Counted from the stretch's first letter, positions 39,330-49,244 are shown. The stretch is 64,000 nucleotides of DNA from Gemmatimonadota bacterium (GCA_039586365.1 JBDHKN010000006.1:137402-201401), one strand, 5' to 3'. Notes: generated by a model not told the origin, from the sequence alone. A program made the numbers and translations.

Positions 39330-41146
39330 TACCGGCTCACCTTGAGCCGTTGCTCCAGCGTGCGGAACTGGAGCCACGTTACCACGAAGATGATCGCGAA
39401 CAGCACCCAACTCATTGCGGCGGCGTTGCCGAACCGGAAGAACTCCCACGCCTCCTGATAAATGTGAAAGACTGCCACATCAGTGGCGTGCAGCGGTCCC
39501 CCCTCAGTCATCACGTACACGGCGCCAAAGACCTGGAATGACCCGATCACCGATGTTATCAGCACGAAGAACAGTGTGTGGCGCAGACCCGGGATTGTGA
39601 CGTGAAAGAACCGCTGCAATGGGCCGGCCCCGTCTATGCGGGCGGCGTCATATAACTCAGTGGGAATCGTGGCTAATCCTGCCTGAAACAATATCATCTG
39701 GTACCCCACCACCATCCACACAGCCATGATCATAATCGACAGGAGAGCGGTATTGGGTGAACTCAGCCAGCCTACCGCGGGTAGTCCGAGCACCGAGAGC
39801 AGCCAATTGATGAGACCGTAGTCGTCATGCAGCATCCATTGCCACACCATCGCAATGGCCACCAGACTCGTGATCGTCGGCAGAAAGAGCATTGCACGCA
39901 GGAAGACGACGCCGGCAACCTTGCGGCGCACCACCAACGCGATCCCGAGGGCGAGCGCCATCGATGCGGGCACGTGGAAAGTGAATACTGCGGTGTTGCG
40001 GATCGCGTTCCAGAACATGCCATCGCCCAGCAGGCTGACGTAGTTGGCCAACCCAATGAACGGCCGGGCAGCGTCAATCAAGCTCCATCTGTGGAGGCTG
40101 AGCCACGCCGCAAACGCGAGCGGTCCGATTGTGAAGATCAGCAAATGAACCAGCGAGGGGGCTAGGAACGACCAGGCAACGAGATTACTGCGGAAAGCCC
40201 GAGGTCGCTCGGCAAGACCGGCCAGTGACAGCAGAGGCGCGGCCAGGCTGAGCCCGATGAGGGCGACGGCTACCATGGTCGTGGTTGGTCCACCGGCGTG
40301 CTCGTAGGGCAGGCCTACCAGACGCACCGCCCCGACGTCAGCGACCGCATACCCCACGCCGTCAACCGTAATACGACCATCCGAAGGGCGGTCCGTCATT
40401 GCCAGTGCCCGTGCCACCGGAGCTGATAACAAGGGGGATTCAACGTCTCCGGCCGAGCCACGGAGGACGAAAGCAAGGCCCGTCAACTGAGCAACTCCTC
40501 CTGGCCGCCCCGTCAGATCTCCCAGGTCCGGTACCAAGCGGAGGGCGTGGGCTGCGACTGCGACGCGGTGATCCGTTGCCTCCTGCAGCCTTGCAGTGGC
40601 CCAATTCCGGGCTAGCCAAAGCGACGACGTGAGGGAGACGATTACAGTGGTGGCCACGAGAAAACCGATGACGGCCGCTGCCCGTCGCTCGCGGATCACG
40701 GGGAGCTTGACCCACAAGAGGAGACCCAGGAGCAATGAGCCCAGCAAGGTGAACAGCGCAGCTGAGTTCGCGACGGGTATTCGGGCCTCCGATCCACGGC
40801 GGGCGCTGAGGAGGAGGGTGCCGACCTGGTACCAGGAGTCGGCGTCATACAACGCCGCCCGAGCGGCGAGCCCGTCTCCTGCTTGATACACCACTGACTC
40901 ATCGAGCCACGGATCGACTTCGTCGCTGAGGCGCCATCGGTCAGGAAACACTCCATCCAATAGCGCCGGTTGTTGGGTCTCCCGTAGTGTTCCAACTGCG
41001 ATCCTAGCTTCCGCGGCCAGCAGGTCGCGCTCCGCCGCTGTCACAGCAGACAGTGCGGTATAGAGAGCGGCCGCGCAGGCTATCGCCAGTAACGCGAAGG
41101 CGGCGCCGCCGAGGAATAGGCGGCGTTTCTGCGCAACCGGAGTCAC
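39329..41146 (-). CDS. Carbohydrate ABC permease (MalF-like) with long N-terminal extension
   Basis: C-terminal half has FLAPSL, FIGLANY, ELYDAARIDGA, FGNAAA; about 320 extra N-terminal residues with TM helices. Confidence 0.9.
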   Translation of the reverse strand: MTPVAQKRRLFLGGAAFALLAIACAAALYTALSAVTAAERDLLAAEARIAVGTLRETQQPALLDGVFPDRWRLSDEVDPWLDESVVYQAGDGLAARAALYDADSWYQVGTLLLSARRGSEARIPVANSAALFTLLGSLLLGLLLWVKLPVIRERRAAAVIGFLVATTVIVSLTSSLWLARNWATARLQEATDHRVAVAAHALRLVPDLGDLTGRPGGVAQLTGLAFVLRGSAGDVESPLLSAPVARALAMTDRPSDGRITVDGVGYAVADVGAVRLVGLPYEHAGGPTTTMVAVALIGLSLAAPLLSLAGLAERPRAFRSNLVAWSFLAPSLVHLLIFTIGPLAFAAWLSLHRWSLIDAARPFIGLANYVSLLGDGMFWNAIRNTAVFTFHVPASMALALGIALVVRRKVAGVVFLRAMLFLPTITSLVAIAMVWQWMLHDDYGLINWLLSVLGLPAVGWLSSPNTALLSIMIMAVWMVVGYQMILFQAGLATIPTELYDAARIDGAGPLQRFFHVTIPGLRHTLFFVLITSVIGSFQVFGAVYVMTEGGPLHATDVAVFHIYQEAWEFFRFGNAAAMSWVLFAIIFVVTWLQFRTLEQRLKVSR

Positions 41147-42441
41147 CGTGCTCTCACTCTGTCTATCTGTCGGGCGATCTCGGAGGCAGCTTGCTGGAGA
41201 TCATCTCCCCGCAACAGGTGGCGATCCATGATGTCGAAAGAGAGTTCTTCGATCTCGTAGAAGTCCACGACCACCGCACCCCAGGGAGGGCGACTACCGG
41301 CTACCTGCGTTAGGAATGCCTGCTCTAGTCCCAGCGTATCTTGCTGGGCCAGTTCCAGCGCCACTGTTCGGAATGCCGGGATCTCGAGGTGGTTCTCCCC
41401 ACGAATGCGCTGCGCTTCCTCGCCAGCCAAGAAAGCCGCTAGTTCCACTGCCAGTCTCTTGCGACTCACGTTGGTGGGAACAGCCCAACCCGATGTGTAC
41501 ACTACGTTCTGGGGGGCCGCACCCTGACGGTGGGGAATCGGTGCGATCCCGACACGGATGTCACCTCTCGCGTTGTAGTGCAGCAGCCGCGGTACCAACC
41601 AGTGTCCGGAGTGGAGCATCGCCTGCGCTCCTACATAGAAGCGGCCCACCCGCATGGGGTCACCGCCCCGGAGGAACTGGACAGGCGCCGCCTTCCACTC
41701 GGTCACCAGGGACGTCAAGAACTCGAATGTCTCAACGGTAGCTGGGGAGTCCAGGTACCCAGCCGTTGTGTTTCCCTGTGGATCCAGGATGTCGCCCCCC
41801 GCTGACCAGACCCATGGTATCCACTCGAATAGCCGGCGCGGGAAATCGATGGCGTAAGTGTCGGTCTCACCGTCGCCGTCCAGATCCCGTGTGACGGAGC
41901 GCGCCGTCTCCAGGAATTGATCCCAGGTCCACTGATCGGCAGGGGGTGGTGGCACGTCCAGTTCGTCAAACAGGGCTCCATTGTAGAAGATGACCATGGG
42001 CGTGAAGCCCTTGGGAAATGCATGGAGCTGCTGAGACTTCGTAAAGATTCTCAGGACTTCAGGGAACACCATGGCCGGATCGTAATCCACCCTGTCTAGG
42101 TATGGTGCCAAGTCGAGCACCAATCCGCGCTCTACGAATGCGGGTATGTCCGGCGCGTCGAGCAGAAAGACATCGGGCGGAGTCCCCGAGGCTATCTCCG
42201 TCGCCAGCTTCTCACCGTAGTTCGTGACGATTGACTCGACGGTGACCTCAACTCCAGGATTCTGCTGGGAGAATCGGTCTGCGATCTGCTGCTCCGCCAT
42301 CACTTCGAGATCGGTTGCCCAATTGAGCACCCGCAGTGTTATGCGGCGGGAATCCGGTCCATCAGCAGTGCAGTTGAGCAGCAAGGGCACGAGGTGCAGC
42401 AGGGCCAGGCGTCTGGTCTTGAACAGGTCGCGGCGGCACAT
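41143..42441 (-). CDS. Sugar ABC substrate-binding lipoprotein
   Basis: LLLNC lipobox, ASGTPPDVF, IFYN..LF, WTWDQF, AMLHSGHW. Confidence 0.9.
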   Translation of the reverse strand: MCRRDLFKTRRLALLHLVPLLLNCTADGPDSRRITLRVLNWATDLEVMAEQQIADRFSQQNPGVEVTVESIVTNYGEKLATEIASGTPPDVFLLDAPDIPAFVERGLVLDLAPYLDRVDYDPAMVFPEVLRIFTKSQQLHAFPKGFTPMVIFYNGALFDELDVPPPPADQWTWDQFLETARSVTRDLDGDGETDTYAIDFPRRLFEWIPWVWSAGGDILDPQGNTTAGYLDSPATVETFEFLTSLVTEWKAAPVQFLRGGDPMRVGRFYVGAQAMLHSGHWLVPRLLHYNARGDIRVGIAPIPHRQGAAPQNVVYTSGWAVPTNVSRKRLAVELAAFLAGEEAQRIRGENHLEIPAFRTVALELAQQDTLGLEQAFLTQVAGSRPPWGAVVVDFYEIEELSFDIMDRHLLRGDDLQQAASEIARQIDRVRAR

Positions 42442-43554
42442 CTACAGCCGGTCCCAGCGCTGGTCGGGAATCAGGCGTTTCCGGTCTGGGCCTGCAAACA
42501 AATGCGCCCGGGTCCTGTCTACTCTGACCCCGACTTGATCCCCCGCGGTGGCGCCGTATTCGGGGTCCACCCTGGTCACCCAGTGGTCATTCCCAGGGCC
42601 TGCGAGATGCACCAGCGATTCGTTGCCCAGCGGCTCCAGGCGGACTATCTCGGCAGTGAAGTCGACTTCATGCACCGTTGTGGTCAGATAGAGCGCCTCG
42701 GGCCGCACCCCGAGTATGGCGGGACCCGAGTGCATATAGGTTGGCAGGTCAAGTGACAGGCCGTTGCCTTGGAACACCGAGCCGATCTTCGCCGGCAGTA
42801 ACTCACCCTCAGTCGTATTGATTGGTGGTGAGCCGATGAAGGTCGCCACGAAGAGATTGGTCGGCGACCGGTACACCTCGAGCGGTGTCGCGAACTGCTG
42901 TAGGCTACCGCCCTTCATGACAGCGATGCGCTGTCCCAGAGTCATGGCTTCCACCTGATCGTGCGTGACGAATATCATGGTGATGCCGAGTCTCCGGTGC
43001 AGCTGAGCGATCTCGGCGCGCATCTCCAACCTGAGTCTCGCGTCGAGGTTTGACAGGGGTTCGTCGAACAGAAAGACACTCGGCTCGCGCACCAGCGCTC
43101 GACCCAGGGCGACTCGCTGTCGCTGCCCTCCGGAGAGCTGGCCCGGACGGCGGTCGAGTAGGGGCTCGAGGTCCAGCACTGCGGCTGCGTGTATCACCTT
43201 TTCTGCAACCTCCGCCCGGGGGAGCCCGCGCATTTTGAGCCCGAACCCGAGATTCTGACGCACGGTCATATGCGGATAGAGTGCGTAGTTCTGAAACACC
43301 ATTGCTATGTCACGGTCCGCCGGCTCGACGTCGTTTACCGCTCGTGGGCCGATCCGGATCTCCCCTGCGCTCGGTTCTTCCAGTCCGGCAATGGTCCGCA
43401 GCACCGTGGTCTTGCCGCACCCCGACGGTCCCAACAGGACTACTAGTTCTCCAGGAGCGATCTCCAGGTCGAACGCGCGCACTGCCGGTACGTCGTCAAA
43501 CCACTTCTCAACCCCGCAGAGCGTGACACCGGCTGTCTTCGGCTGGTTACTCAT
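42442..43554 (-). CDS. Sugar ABC ATP-binding protein (MalK/UgpC-like)
   Basis: [35 protein letters not shown]-terminal TOBE domain; start MSNQ at 43554. Confidence 0.96.
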   Translation of the reverse strand: MSNQPKTAGVTLCGVEKWFDDVPAVRAFDLEIAPGELVVLLGPSGCGKTTVLRTIAGLEEPSAGEIRIGPRAVNDVEPADRDIAMVFQNYALYPHMTVRQNLGFGLKMRGLPRAEVAEKVIHAAAVLDLEPLLDRRPGQLSGGQRQRVALGRALVREPSVFLFDEPLSNLDARLRLEMRAEIAQLHRRLGITMIFVTHDQVEAMTLGQRIAVMKGGSLQQFATPLEVYRSPTNLFVATFIGSPPINTTEGELLPAKIGSVFQGNGLSLDLPTYMHSGPAILGVRPEALYLTTTVHEVDFTAEIVRLEPLGNESLVHLAGPGNDHWVTRVDPEYGATAGDQVGVRVDRTRAHLFAGPDRKRLIPDQRWDRL

Positions 43555-45826
43555 ACGGGATCTCAAGGGGGTTTCCCACCTCGGACACGTGCTCTGTCCC
43601 GTCGACGGTGGCCACGATTGTGTGTCCCGTACGCTCGATGTCGATCGATCTGCCACGTACCACCGCACCTGTGAGTGTGACTCTGTCCAGCTCGAATGGC
43701 AGAGGATCGACGATTATCCCATCAGACGTCGGTTCCAACCCTGCCACGCCGCGGATCAACAGGTCGAGCACCCAGCTGTGCTGGTAATCGTCGATTCCGC
43801 GGTATACCGACGGATGTCCGGTGATTGGGTTGTAGTGCTCATAGCAGTTTGGCCTTTCGACGTCGCCGCCGTGAAACATCATGTGCACGAACCGAGTCAA
43901 AACATCGACAGCTACCGCACCTACCTCCCGTCTGCCACGGTGCCATTGTCTGATCAGGCCCTCGACGATATGACTGTTGATCATCGGCCAGGTACGGCCA
44001 TTCCATGGGCAGTTGTGTCGCTTTCCCTTCCACTCGGCATAGGGGTTGAAGAGGGGATCGTCCATACTCGATGACGGCACCGGATAGGGCGCGCCGAATT
44101 CTGTCGGGTCTACCAGGTGATCGACTAGCTGGTGCAGCGTGCGTTCGTCCAACAGATCAGTCAACAGGGGATAGAAACAGACCGCTGCCTTGACGCGCGT
44201 AGGCTGCATTGCTGCGGGATTCACGTCGCTGAACATGGCAGCGACTGGATCCCACATGCACTCGGCGATGCTAGTAGCGATCAAGTCGGCACCGCTTGCC
44301 CAGTAATCCGAGTCCATATCGCACCCGAGGCGTCGAGCGATCCTCTGCAGTGCCCGCTTGAGTTGATAGGCATAGACCGTGACGTCGATACCCTTGAGGC
44401 TCAGACCAGATCGCCAGCCCACGCGATCAGCGTGAGGAAACACCACCTGATAGCGGGACATGTACTCTTGGCCCGTCTCAAAGTGGTTTGCTACATCGTA
44501 CATCCCACAGACTTCGCGGTCACGTGTTTGGTCGAGCCACTTGGCGTACCGGGAGAGGCCGTCGTAGGCGCGTTCCAGGAAGCGGATGTCGTCATGAACG
44601 GCGTCGACAGCCAGCACAGCGTCACCCCAGTTGGCGTGGTAGAAGTCGGTTCCTATCTGGTGGTTGGTATAGATCCGGCCGTGCAGAGACCCATTTTCTC
44701 GCTGGCACTCCAGGAAGTTGAGCAGCGAGCCTCGGGCCAAGTCCGGCGTATACGCCCACCGGGTCTCCCACATGTGGCACTGGGCACTGTAGGTGATTGG
44801 AACGTGGAAGTAGCCTATTCCTTCCGCCACAGCCGGGTAGCGGACATACCCACTGTCTCCCTCCAGCCGGTTCAATCTCAGGCCGTAGATCCGATAGTCG
44901 TAGTAGCGAGTCAAGTACTCGTCGGAGCAACTGAAACGGGGGAACGATTCGAAGAAGTCAATCCAGGGGGTGGCGGGATCGCTGGAACCACGGGCCTTCG
45001 CCCTGTGGCGAGCCGCGTCCCGTCCAGTGTCCCGCTCTCCTGACGTTGCGCGGTCACAAGGGGCTAATTCTATGGAAAACTCAATGGTGGGCACTCGATC
45101 AAACGGTACGGCTACAGCGAGGTAGACCTGGCCTGACTCAGTGATACCGCCCAACTCGATGCCGTCTCTGAGTCCGCCCGACTCGCCACCTTGCCAGTGT
45201 TCCCAGAATGGCGTGTGCTGCCACAAGGGGGTGGGCAACGCTCCCTCGGAGCGCATGGCAGCGAGCCGATGTTCACCGCTACCGATCTCGCCGTTTACCG
45301 AGAGCGTGGCCATGATCTCCAGAGGGAATTCGTGCCGGTCGATCAGAATCCGTCGCCAACGCAGCGCTGATTCGCTGTCCACTCGTTCAATCTCGTTCAC
45401 GGTCTCCCCGGGTTGTGCCGAGAAGGCCACGAGGTACCTGGTCTCAGATACTTCATCCGTTCTCGCGCCAGCATCGTGTGTGACCCACCGCGAAACTAGT
45501 CTTCCTCCAGGCTGTGCGAACCGCTCCTCACGGAGAATGAGTTGGTCGAGAGAGCGCCACTCGGTTGTAAGCTTGTGTGGTTGCCAGGAGCGATTCAGCT
45601 CACTGAGCGACAACTCGGCTCCATCGTGGTTGACCAGTGCAACGGTGAAGACGGGGGCGAACGGGTGGTTGTAGACGAGTGCCTCATCCCAGAATCCCGG
45701 ACGATGCAGCATCAGTGGGAATGGAGGAGCCCAGATGATCCCGTCCCCACAAGATAGGAACCACTTGTCCTGACGTCTCAGTGCCTGCAGTCTCTCGACA
45801 CCCGCTGAGGATGCCTGTTCAGCCAA
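43547..45826 (-). CDS. MGH1/GH63-like glycoside hydrolase
   Basis: ETGQE, PWNGRTWP, CYEHYNP, DDYQHS; start placed at TTG 45826 directly after the upstream stop (approximate). Confidence 0.78.
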   Translation of the reverse strand: MAEQASSAGVERLQALRRQDKWFLSCGDGIIWAPPFPLMLHRPGFWDEALVYNHPFAPVFTVALVNHDGAELSLSELNRSWQPHKLTTEWRSLDQLILREERFAQPGGRLVSRWVTHDAGARTDEVSETRYLVAFSAQPGETVNEIERVDSESALRWRRILIDRHEFPLEIMATLSVNGEIGSGEHRLAAMRSEGALPTPLWQHTPFWEHWQGGESGGLRDGIELGGITESGQVYLAVAVPFDRVPTIEFSIELAPCDRATSGERDTGRDAARHRAKARGSSDPATPWIDFFESFPRFSCSDEYLTRYYDYRIYGLRLNRLEGDSGYVRYPAVAEGIGYFHVPITYSAQCHMWETRWAYTPDLARGSLLNFLECQRENGSLHGRIYTNHQIGTDFYHANWGDAVLAVDAVHDDIRFLERAYDGLSRYAKWLDQTRDREVCGMYDVANHFETGQEYMSRYQVVFPHADRVGWRSGLSLKGIDVTVYAYQLKRALQRIARRLGCDMDSDYWASGADLIATSIAECMWDPVAAMFSDVNPAAMQPTRVKAAVCFYPLLTDLLDERTLHQLVDHLVDPTEFGAPYPVPSSSMDDPLFNPYAEWKGKRHNCPWNGRTWPMINSHIVEGLIRQWHRGRREVGAVAVDVLTRFVHMMFHGGDVERPNCYEHYNPITGHPSVYRGIDDYQHSWVLDLLIRGVAGLEPTSDGIIVDPLPFELDRVTLTGAVVRGRSIDIERTGHTIVATVDGTEHVSEVGNPLEIPYE

Positions 45827-45827
45827 G

Positions 45828-46490
45828 CTACTTCCCTCTGGCTGTGGTGAGGAGGTCAACGAAGGCGTATCCCTCCACTTCGGAGCGCTCGCCCTGGGTG
45901 AAGTCGACTGCTTGGCCAAAGGCAGGACCGTCGTAGACAAAAGTGTGATACTCGCCGTGTTCACCGCACGGATCGAGGTCGTCGGTGCATCCCAGCTCGG
46001 TTACGAGGTCGGCGTCGAGTTCGCGGCCGAGGAAAGGTGCGGCTGGTCGGCTCAGGTCTACGCTGACAACGAGCGCCTGATATCCGCGTTCGACCACTTC
46101 CCACGCCAGCTCGATCGGTGGTTCGCCCCACAGCGGCTCTAAGTGCTCGAGTCCGGCTGCCGTAACCCGATCTTCATACCAAGCACGAACCTGTTCCAGG
46201 TGGATGTTGCCGCATATCACGCCTGACACACCGTGGTCCCTGAGCTCCTGCAGTGTTCGCAGGAAGACGGTCTCGAAGTCATCCGGTCTGATGTGATCCA
46301 AGATTGGTTGCAGTCCCAGATGACGTGCCTGCCGCTCAATCAGCTTATATGGGACGCCGTGAGATCGCACGCGCTTGGAGGAGCCGTCGTATATGTTGGC
46401 GAGGTATTTGACGTCGAGATTGATTCGACGAGCTCGGTCTAAGGCGAGGACGGATTCCTTGCCGCCGCCACTCATGAGAGCATAGATCAT
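45828..46490 (-). CDS. Diphthine-ammonia ligase (Dph6/MJ0570)-like PP-loop ATPase
   Basis: MSGGKES, HGV, GNIHL, EPLW, DPCGEHGEYHTFVYDGP. Confidence 0.88.
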   Translation of the reverse strand: MIYALMSGGGKESVLALDRARRINLDVKYLANIYDGSSKRVRSHGVPYKLIERQARHLGLQPILDHIRPDDFETVFLRTLQELRDHGVSGVICGNIHLEQVRAWYEDRVTAAGLEHLEPLWGEPPIELAWEVVERGYQALVVSVDLSRPAAPFLGRELDADLVTELGCTDDLDPCGEHGEYHTFVYDGPAFGQAVDFTQGERSEVEGYAFVDLLTTARGK

Positions 46491-46737
46491 GGTCTAAAGT
46501 ACGTTCCCGGAAAGGGAGCCGGCTAGACCACCGCGAGGTCTCCCACGGGAAGTGACGAACCCAGTGGTGTGCTTGGGTATCCGGCTCTCGTGGGTCTCTA
46601 CCGATAAAGAAGATGGTCCCGGATGCCGATGAATAATGTCACGGGCTGTTCACGCACACTGTGAAGGTGGATCAGGCAAGGCTGCCGTACTGCGACAGAG
46701 GTACTAAGGTCGCGGAGTCGTTCCGAGAGGCCGCCGC

Positions 46738-47382
46738 CTACATGCCGGGTTCGCGGTGTTGGTAGAGGTAGCCGATCAAACCCTGAGCTGCCGTCACTGC
46801 GTCGGAGCAGAACTCCAGTTCGACGCGCAATATCTGTTGGCCAAGACAGCCCGCTGGTGGCCGGTGCGAAAGGAGTAGACTATCTGTTTCCACAGCTAAT
46901 CCCGGCCGGCGTCTGACGATGGAATGGATCTCCAGGCGATCGCTCCGACTCAGCGCTTGGATGCTACCGCCCGTGTGCACTATGCAATCCCGTATCAGCA
47001 TCACGTCGGAGAGCCACCGCCACAGGTTTTGTGGTGGCTCAAGGCTGAGTGATTGTGCGAGAAAGGCGTGGGCCCTCGCAAAGACATCACCTGCCAGATC
47101 GTCTATCCCGGTGGCGAGTGCGTAATCTTGCTGTACCGTCCTGCAAAACACCGAGAGCCGCGCCTCAACGATGAGTGCCAAGAGCGTGACAAACGAGTAG
47201 GTCTGGAGCCTGGGCAACAAGTCACCAAAGTGTACCGGGTGCACACGTCCGTCTCTGGAGTTCACCGCAGTCGAGTTCTCTTCCTGGCGGACACTATCCA
47301 GCTGTATCTCGAACGTGGTGAGGTACGATCGTAGCCCGTCCAGCAGGTTGCGGGTCGTCGCTTTCTCGAGATCGACTGACAT
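46738..47382 (-). CDS. Hypothetical helical protein with HEPN-like RxxxxH motif
   Basis: IRDCIVHTGG plus an upstream helix with a Glu (LIVEARL); start ATG 47382 inferred. Confidence 0.55.
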   Translation of the reverse strand: MSVDLEKATTRNLLDGLRSYLTTFEIQLDSVRQEENSTAVNSRDGRVHPVHFGDLLPRLQTYSFVTLLALIVEARLSVFCRTVQQDYALATGIDDLAGDVFARAHAFLAQSLSLEPPQNLWRWLSDVMLIRDCIVHTGGSIQALSRSDRLEIHSIVRRRPGLAVETDSLLLSHRPPAGCLGQQILRVELEFCSDAVTAAQGLIGYLYQHREPGM

Positions 47383-47690
47383 CAGGTGCTGGTGGGCAAA
47401 GCCACTTGGACTACAACTGGTAGGAGATACGCCGCCGCGACGTAGAACCAGTATCGAGGTGCGAAGTCGGGGCGATGGGACATGGGTTCGTATCCGGTGA
47501 TCTTCAATACGCTGGGGCGCACGGGCATGGTACACCACACAAGGTGTTGGGAAGCAACCACAAACATTACGACCACAACCGGAAAGCGAAAGCCTCTGCG
47601 CTGTTACGTGCCGTCGTGTTCAGAAACGGTACATGATGCTACCAGTGCGGTTCCTAGGATTGTCTAGTCTGCAATCCGGAGACACCGCCT

Positions 47691-49244
47691 GTGCTGGCGC
47701 GCGTACGATCGGCAGCCGTGCTTGGGATCGATGCATACCTGGTGGATGTCGAAATAGACATCAGCAATGGATTACCCTCGTTCACTACCGTGGGATTGCC
47801 ACAAGGGGCGGTCAAGGAGGGACGGGAACGGGTCGGAGCGTCCATCGCGAACTCGGAATTCCTGTTTCCTTTGAAGCGGATAACGGTAAACCTCGCCCCG
47901 GCGGACATTCGCAAGGACGGATCGGCGTTTGATTTGCCCATTGCGCTCGGGATACTGGCGGCCACTGAGCAGCTGAATCGCAAGTCGCACGGTTTCCCTA
48001 GGCAAAGACTCGGCGATTATGTGGTCGTCGGTGAGCTGGGACTGGAAGGAGGACTACGCCCCGTCCGTGGCGCTCTACCCATTGCTCTCGAGGCCAAGTC
48101 TGCCGGAATCAAGGGTGTCATCGTGCCGGCCGCGAACCTCGCCGAAGCCGGCGTGGTGAACGGCCTCGAGATCCTCGGCGCCGAGTCTCTGGAGCAGGTT
48201 GCCGATTTCTTTGCCGGCAGAAGCTCGCTCAGAAGGGAGCAGGTCGACACACGGATCCTGTTCGGATCCAGAGTGCATGACGATGTCGACTTTGCCGAAG
48301 TGAAGGGGCAGGAACACGCCAAGCGCGCCCTAGAGATCGCTGCCGCCGGAGCGCACAACCTGTTGATGATCGGCTCGCCGGGCTCTGGGAAGACCATGCT
48401 GGCGCGGCGGGTCCCGACCATCCTGCCGAGAATGAGCCTCGAAGAGGCACTCGAGACGACGAAGATACACAGCGTTGCCGGTCTCCTACCTCCGGGGACG
48501 TCCCTGGTGACCACGCGCCCGTTTCGTGCCCCTCACCACACCATCAGTGACGCCGGGTTGATAGGGGGCGGTTCGTATCCGCGTCCCGGAGAGGTCAGCC
48601 TGGCGCATGGTGGCGTGCTTTTCCTCGACGAGTTGCCTGAATTCCGTAAGAACGTCTTGGAGGTGCTTCGTCAACCCATGGAGGACGGATTCGTAACCAT
48701 ATCCCGGGCTGCAACATCATTGTGCTATCCCGCCCGCTTCATGCTTGCGGCCGCAATGAACCCTTGCCGGTGCGGCTTGTGGGGCAATCCCGGACGGAAC
48801 TGCGTATGTAGTCTGTTGGAGGTCGAGCGCTATCTCTCGCGCATCTCAGGACCATTACTCGATCGAATCGACATTCACATCGAGGTGCCGGCGGTGCCGT
48901 ATCGGGAGCTATCGGTGGATCGCTCGGGTGAGCCCAGTGCTGCGATCAGTGAGCGGGTGAACAGAGCGAGGGAAGTGCAGTTGGAGCGGTTTGCCACGCG
49001 GGACGGCGTGTACGCCAATGCGCATATGGGCCCCAGGGATCTGGGGGCGTTCTGTCGGGTGAGCGACGCGGCAGATGCGCTGCTGAAGACCGCAATCCAG
49101 CGGCTTCACCTGTCGGCCCGGGCCTATCATCGGGTACTCAAGATCGCGCGGACGATTGCGGATCTTGTGGGCAGTACCGCGATCGAGGCGGCGCAAGTCT
49201 CCGAGGCCGTTCAGTATCGGAGTCTCGACCGGCCGGTGCAGTGA
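47691..49244 (+). CDS. comM: YifB/ComM Mg-chelatase-like AAA+ ATPase
   Basis: ITVNLAPA, GSPGSGKT, FRAPHHT, PGEVSLAHGGVLFLDE, ISGPLLDRID, LSARAYHR; intact C-terminus. Confidence 0.95.
   Translation: MLARVRSAAVLGIDAYLVDVEIDISNGLPSFTTVGLPQGAVKEGRERVGASIANSEFLFPLKRITVNLAPADIRKDGSAFDLPIALGILAATEQLNRKSHGFPRQRLGDYVVVGELGLEGGLRPVRGALPIALEAKSAGIKGVIVPAANLAEAGVVNGLEILGAESLEQVADFFAGRSSLRREQVDTRILFGSRVHDDVDFAEVKGQEHAKRALEIAAAGAHNLLMIGSPGSGKTMLARRVPTILPRMSLEEALETTKIHSVAGLLPPGTSLVTTRPFRAPHHTISDAGLIGGGSYPRPGEVSLAHGGVLFLDELPEFRKNVLEVLRQPMEDGFVTISRAATSLCYPARFMLAAAMNPCRCGLWGNPGRNCVCSLLEVERYLSRISGPLLDRIDIHIEVPAVPYRELSVDRSGEPSAAISERVNRAREVQLERFATRDGVYANAHMGPRDLGAFCRVSDAADALLKTAIQRLHLSARAYHRVLKIARTIADLVGSTAIEAAQVSEAVQYRSLDRPVQ

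Noticed and set aside
46514..46589. tRNA (for example tRNA-Sec) suggested by a 76-nt cloverleaf-like fold
   Set aside because: No T-loop or D-loop consensus in the right positions on either strand, and no CCA or anticodon arm geometry.
46491..46737. Cobalamin riboswitch upstream of the Dph6-like gene
   Set aside because: The conserved B12-element blocks are not found on the coding strand.
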